Assembly: GCA_030648835.1 (NCBI GenBank)
Contig: JAUSGT010000002.1
Coordinates: forward strand, 200,081 to 264,080
Direction: 5' to 3'
Source: Candidatus Moraniibacteriota bacterium
GTDB lineage: Bacteria; Patescibacteriota; Minisyncoccia; Moranbacterales; UBA1568
Length of the DNA stretch: 64,000 nt
Part shown: one piece after another, positions 58,225 to 64,000 of the stretch
Layout of the letters: the number at the start of each line of letters is the position of its first letter
How positions within the stretch are numbered: the stretch's first letter is position 1
Notes under the pieces: generated by a model
The model's database searches: none
Seen by the model: only the letters and a program-made list of their open reading frames with translations
Told to the model about the DNA's origin: nothing
Translations under genes and position numbers: made by a program

Positions 58225-60624
58225 ATGTTGATTGAAGACGCAAAGAATCAGATCATAGCACGCTCGCTCGCGGCTGCAGAAAATGCCAGAAAATCTCGGG
58301 CGAGTGGGGCAGGAACACCGGGTTTGCCAGAACTCACACCAAACGGACAGGGAGATGTTGTAGTTGATGTCGTAAAAGTTGCAGATGGAGAGAAACCAGA
58401 TGTTGATGTGGAAAAGAATACGAGGGTACGGGAACCCAGAGCTAAAAAGCCAACGGCGGGTGCTCCAGCTCGGCCAGATTTACACAAAGAAGTGGGAGAA
58501 GTTCCGGATGCCAGGAAAGAGGCATTTCTGACGGTTTTTACGAAAAAATTTGAAGAGTTGAAAGAAAAAATATCGACAGCAGATGGCAGGACGTTGAGAG
58601 GTGTGAAACGCGGCAAAGAAGGCGACGTTTACAGGTTTTTTAATCTTGATGACTTTGCCGATTATTTCAATAACTTGAATGGGAAGAGGGAAGAAGCGGA
58701 ACGTGTGGAAGGAATTGAAAAGATAGTTGTGGCGGAAAGAGAACTGGGAGAATTATATAGGGCCCGGTGGGAGGCGCTAAAAGGAAAAGGAGCAACATCG
58801 GTAGATAGACAAGGGCGAGAAAAGAGACCTTCGATTCAAGAATCAGTGAGTGATGGTGACAAGTGGTTACAGGAGACGAAAACGTTGATACCGGAGTTGG
58901 GCAATCTGGATGCTTTGAAGAAGCTGACAGTTTTTATAGGTGAGGGCGCAAGAAGAACAAGAAGTTTTGATTTTCCCGCTGGGTTTACATATCTTTTAGG
59001 AAAAAATGTTCCAGAAAATATTCGGGAACGATTCAGAACTGAGAAGAGTGACCTTATGAAGCTCTGGCAGGTGCAGGTGGTGAAGGTTCTCTTCGATCAG
59101 CCGGGTGTCGAATCAGGCTTCGCAAACTTTTTGCAAGGCTCATTTCAAGAACTGAAAGATAAAAAATTGAGGAAAACAGATTTTATTGAAAGGTGTGTTC
59201 AGAGACTGGGCCTCAAAGAAAAGGAGCTGGAGGATTTAGCAGAGCCAAGACCCTGTAAAGCTTTACAGGATGAGCTTCACGAACTTTATAATAAAAACTT
59301 CGCGGCTATTGAAGCGGCACAGCAGGCAAAAGGGAGTGGCGGAAAACCAGAGGATAAAAAACTTACCAATGAGGAGTTGTTTGCAGAACTGGCCAACAAA
59401 TTGAAAGTGGACGGAGTCTTTAAGAAGGGCGAGGAACCGTTACTGATCATAAGAACTCTTCCTTTGGAAAATGCCCCTCCAGAGATAGGTATAGAGTATA
59501 GAGATGACAGTGGGACTTGGAAGAAAGGAAAAGTTACGCCAAAACTCGTGCAGGGATTTTTGAAACAATTGAAGACAAACTTCGGCTGGACTTTGGAGAA
59601 AATGATCGTGGTACAGCCAGCGGCGAAGAAAAAACGTTCGGGTGTTTCTAAAGGTTTGCCGATTACCCCGGATGAAGCTGCCAGGAGAGCTCTAGCTTCT
59701 AAAAAAGCTTGGGATGAACAATATGAAAGAAATATGGCAGCTCAGAAAGCAGAGGCTGAGGAAAAAAGAAAAGCAGGAGCTGTAAAGCCAGAGCTGAAGT
59801 CACCAGTGGATGAGCAAGAGAGCGTACGGGGAATGAATGAAAATAGAGAAATCAAGGAAGCGATATTGAAAGCAGGAAATTTTAGTGAATTATTTGAGAC
59901 TTTAAACGGTGTAGAAGGGATTCAAGGGGAAGAGCGATTTTTCGAGTCGGTGTATCTCATCGCCACTATCAATTCAGTCAGGGAGGGGACTCTTGAAGTT
60001 AACTCTGTAACGAGAGGGGCTAGCCTGCGCGACAAGGTAGGAGAGCTCTTGAAAATAGAGAGGAAGGCACAAGCGGCACTGAAGATATTGGGGGGTATTA
60101 TCGAGAAAAAGAAAACATGGGCGGAGAGATATTTTAAAAAAAATCCTGATACAATAACACAGGGACAATACAATCAACTGGTTTCCTTCCTTGACAGATT
60201 ATTGGATTCCACCACGAGCGCTCTTACAAAAGATCCTAAGAACAGAAAAGTAATTTACGCTCTCAAGGAGGCTCGCGAGGTCAGATTTATGCCGGAAGAA
60301 CCAGTAAAAGGGCAGCCTGTCGTTGTGCCTGAACAGTTAAAACCGCAAGAACGGACGTATGAAGAACTGGAGGCGCAATTGCAGGAAGACGGCACCGATC
60401 TTCTGATAATGGGTTCTTTGGGCAAGGCTTTCCATGCCATGAAGACAACGTCGGCTGAACTTGCCAAGAATAAAGAACAGTATTGGGAGGTTATCAAGAC
60501 TGAAATGTTGAAAAACTTCGGAAAATCCCTGAAGGGAATTCAGAAGAGGTTTGGCTGGATTGATGCGGAATTGAATGACTTTTCCGAGAAAATCATCCGC
60601 AAAGCATTTGAGAAGTATCTCTAG
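58225..60624 (+). CDS. Large charged hypothetical protein (799 aa)
   Basis: Long ORF, no recognisable domain. Confidence 0.55.
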   Translation: MLIEDAKNQIIARSLAAAENARKSRASGAGTPGLPELTPNGQGDVVVDVVKVADGEKPDVDVEKNTRVREPRAKKPTAGAPARPDLHKEVGEVPDARKEAFLTVFTKKFEELKEKISTADGRTLRGVKRGKEGDVYRFFNLDDFADYFNNLNGKREEAERVEGIEKIVVAERELGELYRARWEALKGKGATSVDRQGREKRPSIQESVSDGDKWLQETKTLIPELGNLDALKKLTVFIGEGARRTRSFDFPAGFTYLLGKNVPENIRERFRTEKSDLMKLWQVQVVKVLFDQPGVESGFANFLQGSFQELKDKKLRKTDFIERCVQRLGLKEKELEDLAEPRPCKALQDELHELYNKNFAAIEAAQQAKGSGGKPEDKKLTNEELFAELANKLKVDGVFKKGEEPLLIIRTLPLENAPPEIGIEYRDDSGTWKKGKVTPKLVQGFLKQLKTNFGWTLEKMIVVQPAAKKKRSGVSKGLPITPDEAARRALASKKAWDEQYERNMAAQKAEAEEKRKAGAVKPELKSPVDEQESVRGMNENREIKEAILKAGNFSELFETLNGVEGIQGEERFFESVYLIATINSVREGTLEVNSVTRGASLRDKVGELLKIERKAQAALKILGGIIEKKKTWAERYFKKNPDTITQGQYNQLVSFLDRLLDSTTSALTKDPKNRKVIYALKEAREVRFMPEEPVKGQPVVVPEQLKPQERTYEELEAQLQEDGTDLLIMGSLGKAFHAMKTTSAELAKNKEQYWEVIKTEMLKNFGKSLKGIQKRFGWIDAELNDFSEKIIRKAFEKYL

Positions 60625-60632
60625 TTTACCGT

Positions 60633-63600
60633 ATGGCATCCAAAGAATTCGATATACTAAAAGCGATTCAAGCAGGGGCGAAGACCGGGAGCGAAGAGCT
60701 CGAGGGCCAGCTTGGCATTGGTGGAAAAGACAAGAAAAAATATTCACCAAAATCCCGTAAGTCCGCTAGAGCCGCTGTAACGTCTGAAATTGCTCCGGGC
60801 ATTCCCGTTACCCCGGTTGTTGTGGAACCGATGTCGGCATCGGCAGATGTCATTGTACCCAAAAAACTGAGAGGGCGGCGGAGACAAGGTGGAGGAGATA
60901 AAGGAAAAAAATCAGAAAGTATAACTATTTCTTCGGCGATGCAAGCTCCGGCCTTGCCCAATGTTGTTGTGGCGCCTGATTCAGAAGCAGCAAAATTGAA
61001 CCGCGTTTCTCCCATTGATCTTTCGGAAGTGAAGAACGGAAAAGACTTTCAATTTGCTGACAAAGATGGAAGCGACTTCATTGTGAGAGCGGATAATGAA
61101 ACACCGGGCCATTACCTTCTTCTTTCCGGAGATGGAAAACGAGTTTTAGGTTCTTTTGGCGAAGGCCATATAAGGGGAATAATAGAAGATGAAAGAGTGG
61201 AAGCGGTTGTTGAGCCAGTAGCATCAGCTTCAATGGAACCAGTAGCAATGGCAGAACCAGAACTGACAGTTGAACCTGCAATGGCTACTATCCCGAAAGC
61301 AGTTATCCCGGACGCCATCACCAAGCCTTTCATATCTACTCCAGAAGTGGAAGCGTCTCTCAATGCGGGTCTAAACGCTTTGGAGAGAGGCGAAACATTG
61401 CGTTTTGTCGGGAAAACCGGAGATATTTATAGGGTGAGCAAACGAGATAGTGTTCATTATAATTTGACACAGCCTGATGGGAGGATTGATGCGGTTAATG
61501 AGATATATTTACGGGAACAAATGGAGGGGAACTGGACGCGTTTGGAAAACGAAGAACCGGAACTGCCCAAGGGAACCACTCCGGAAAATCCTTCCGTTTC
61601 TCCTACTGAGAGAGAAAAGCTTGAACAGAAAATTGCCGCCTTGAAAAAAGAGGTGGAAGATCTACGCAAAGAATATGTAAAAGCAGATTACGAAGAGACG
61701 AATGCGTGGGCGAGGGTGAGGAAGTTTTTCGGAAAAAATTTGAAAGGTCTCGGTGAGAGAGACTGGCAGGAAAAACAATATAATAAGAAAGATGGTAATT
61801 CAGATGGTGTGTACATGCAGGCATTGTATCAGAACAAACTGGTTGATTTGAAGAATGCAGAGCTGTCTTTGATCAAGGAGCGCGCAGCCGCAGGCGATGG
61901 ATGGAAAAAAGAAATGGGCGATATGATCAAATACTTCGGTGTGGATGAAGTGACGAAGTTGATAGACGCCCGCACACAGTATCGGGCGGAGAATCAGAAT
62001 TTTCCGACGAAAATACTCGACGCATTTGGGGCTTTGGGAAGAGAGTATAACAAGCTTTCCATGAAACAAAAATTGGCTATTACTGCTGTCTGTGCAGCTG
62101 GGACGATTGGGCTTACTTTATCCGGTGGCACGGCGGCCGGTGCGATGGCTGGTTTGATCATGGGCGGAAAAAGATTTTTTGCGACTGCCGGACTGACGGT
62201 CGGTACGGAGGCCCTGCTTGATAGTTCCCGGACAAGGATGCGTAGCAAAGAAATGGAAGAAGAAATGAAGACGCTCGAAAAAGAGATGTCCGAAAAAGGA
62301 TTTGCCCACCTCGAAGCTGTTATCAAGAATAAAGCGCTCTCGATCGATGATGAGCTCCAGAAGGCGAAACTGACGAAGTTGCTCCACAAGGCCGGTGCAT
62401 TGACTGTTGGTTTGGCTGTCGGTTCCGGTTGGCTGACGCAGGTAGTGATGGATCATTTTGGCGGGCATGAAGCCGTCGATTGGGTGAAAGAGCACGCTAA
62501 AAATCTTATGGGAGATTATACTGTGATCCATCCCAAAGCAGAATTTGCCGCAAAAATGCCGATAGATCTTGATTTAGATTCAGACGCGCGGGACAGCGCT
62601 ATGGCCGCGGCCAGCCAAGCTCCAGTGATGTCTGGAGGTGTTCCTGACCCAGGTCTTGAACTGGATTCAGACGCGCGGGACAGCGCTTACTTGGCAGCGG
62701 ATAAAGGATCAGCGTCGCCTGGTAGTGCTTTTATCACAGGGAACGAATCAGAGTTGGACATGCGGGACAGCGCCCAAATAGCAGCAGGCCAAGCAGAGAC
62801 AGTTCCTGGGAATCTTTCCGGTACAGGCGATGGATCAGAGTTGGACATGCGGGACAGCGCTCAAGCAGTAGTAGAACAAGCGAAGGAATCACCTAGCAGT
62901 GCTTTTATCACAGGGAACGAATCAGAATTGGATATGCGGGCTGACAATCCACTAGCAAGTGAAACGGGCAATGGATCAGAGTTGGATATGCGAGATAGCG
63001 TTCAGATTGCGGCTGCCACAGCCGCTGAAGCGAGGCCTAGCATCATCAATGAGTTTATCAATCAAGACATCACCGTGAAGAAAGGCGATTCAGTATGGAA
63101 AATTGCCGGCAGGTTGGCGAAAGAACTTGGGATAGACGAAAAAAGTCCTCAAGGCACGCGTTTCATCAATGCCTTGAAAAATCAGTATGGGGATGTCTTA
63201 CTGAAAGAGGGATCTGTCATCAATCTTGCAGATAGCGGTATAGACAAGGAATTTGTCGAAAATGCATATGCAGATGCCACTACCTTGTCACCGGAAAAGA
63301 TGGCGAGTATCGCGGCCAACGATGTGAAGCTTCGGGAATTTGCGGCGGCTCATCCGGATGTCACGCTGACGGACGGCAAAGTGGATGATATTTTACATGG
63401 GAATGGAGCGGATCCGGCGGGGAAAACAAATCTTGGGTGGGAACATGGAGATGATGAAACCATAAACTATAATGATCATACGGTGAGAGAAACACCATCG
63501 GAAGAGAATATGGACGATCTTGTTTCTGATTCATCATCTGATACTCAGGCGGAATCCAGTGGAGCAGCCGCGTCGGAAAACGAAACGGTAATTGTAACTC

Positions 63601-63992
63601 GCGATGAGGGATCGGTAAAAAGTGCTGACATAGAATATGAGCGGGATATTCGTTTGGGGAAAGCGTACGATATCAATGTATATAAGGAGTATTTTGTGCA
63701 AAATCCGGAAGCATTCGGAGCATATAAAAAACTGGGAGAAGGCTATCTGGGGTTCATTTCGCAGGGCGATGCGAGCGCGATGAGATCTTTGGGAGGCAAG
63801 ACATTCCGCGAGTTAGGGAATATTGTGAGCGATCCTTTGGGGAGATTTGTGGCGTTGGCCAGGGAAGTCTATGGGAGTAAACTCGGTCTGCCCGGTCCGA
63901 AAGAAAAAGTGTATGAATATGTGGCGCGCATGGCGATGATCGGTATGGAACATCCGGAAGGCAAACTCATTCGGATTCCGCAGTCGATATGA
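60633..63992 (+). CDS. Giant membrane-anchored hypothetical protein (1119 aa) with acidic tandem repeats and a LysM-like segment
   Basis: Central TM helices (AITAVCAAGTIGLTLSGGTAAGAMAGLIMGG), repeats of (G)SELDMRDSAQ / LDSDARDSA, and a LysM-like ITVKKGDSVWKIAGRLAKELGID. Confidence 0.6.
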   Translation: MASKEFDILKAIQAGAKTGSEELEGQLGIGGKDKKKYSPKSRKSARAAVTSEIAPGIPVTPVVVEPMSASADVIVPKKLRGRRRQGGGDKGKKSESITISSAMQAPALPNVVVAPDSEAAKLNRVSPIDLSEVKNGKDFQFADKDGSDFIVRADNETPGHYLLLSGDGKRVLGSFGEGHIRGIIEDERVEAVVEPVASASMEPVAMAEPELTVEPAMATIPKAVIPDAITKPFISTPEVEASLNAGLNALERGETLRFVGKTGDIYRVSKRDSVHYNLTQPDGRIDAVNEIYLREQMEGNWTRLENEEPELPKGTTPENPSVSPTEREKLEQKIAALKKEVEDLRKEYVKADYEETNAWARVRKFFGKNLKGLGERDWQEKQYNKKDGNSDGVYMQALYQNKLVDLKNAELSLIKERAAAGDGWKKEMGDMIKYFGVDEVTKLIDARTQYRAENQNFPTKILDAFGALGREYNKLSMKQKLAITAVCAAGTIGLTLSGGTAAGAMAGLIMGGKRFFATAGLTVGTEALLDSSRTRMRSKEMEEEMKTLEKEMSEKGFAHLEAVIKNKALSIDDELQKAKLTKLLHKAGALTVGLAVGSGWLTQVVMDHFGGHEAVDWVKEHAKNLMGDYTVIHPKAEFAAKMPIDLDLDSDARDSAMAAASQAPVMSGGVPDPGLELDSDARDSAYLAADKGSASPGSAFITGNESELDMRDSAQIAAGQAETVPGNLSGTGDGSELDMRDSAQAVVEQAKESPSSAFITGNESELDMRADNPLASETGNGSELDMRDSVQIAAATAAEARPSIINEFINQDITVKKGDSVWKIAGRLAKELGIDEKSPQGTRFINALKNQYGDVLLKEGSVINLADSGIDKEFVENAYADATTLSPEKMASIAANDVKLREFAAAHPDVTLTDGKVDDILHGNGADPAGKTNLGWEHGDDETINYNDHTVRETPSEENMDDLVSDSSSDTQAESSGAAASENETVIVTRDEGSVKSADIEYERDIRLGKAYDINVYKEYFVQNPEAFGAYKKLGEGYLGFISQGDASAMRSLGGKTFRELGNIVSDPLGRFVALAREVYGSKLGLPGPKEKVYEYVARMAMIGMEHPEGKLIRIPQSI

Positions 63993-64000
63993 AGCTCAAA

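Overview
This 64-kb window carries a largely syntenic bacterial core. From the 5' end it reads: ftsA (3' end), ftsZ, nrdR, a DUF167 gene, a split comEC, ndk, a tRNA-Pro, rpmB (minus strand), a site-2 protease, then the str operon (rpsL-rpsG-fusA-tuf) and an S10/spc ribosomal block (rpsJ through rplO; no L30 gene) followed by secY-adk-map. The cluster then breaks off into ruvX, a GT2 glycosyltransferase, galT, a glycolytic trio (tpiA, class II fba, gap), a D-aminoacylase, murD, gdhA and trxB. Next come murA, mreB, two GT4 glycosyltransferases, holB, an FtsQ-like gene, two GT39/ArnT-like membrane glycosyltransferases on the minus strand, and three tandem giant charged hypothetical proteins (698, 799 and 1119 aa). 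The most notable feature is a complete diversity-generating retroelement (DGR) at about 40.8-43.7 kb. It comprises a target gene whose 3' variable repeat differs from a downstream template repeat only at template adenines (16 substitutions), a divergently oriented Avd-like four-helix-bundle gene, and a reverse transcriptase with YCDD and LGNVTSQLFANIYL motifs. Other accessory signals: two families of palindrome-embedded MITE-like repeats (3 copies and 2 copies); paired inverted 20-mers with compensatory changes abutting the murA and mreB start codons; a 7-bp x4 coding repeat in a GT4 gene (candidate phase-variation switch); a homopolymeric C10/G10 tract at the avd 5' end; two tandem small Cys-rich ORFs each behind a near-consensus sigma70 promoter; and a partial 3'-half duplicate of the tRNA-Pro. 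Gene content and architecture are consistent with a small-genome, possibly CPR/Patescibacteria-like bacterium; this is inference. No rRNA genes or CRISPR arrays were seen. All function calls rest on recognisable motifs in the supplied translations and manual inspection, not database searches.
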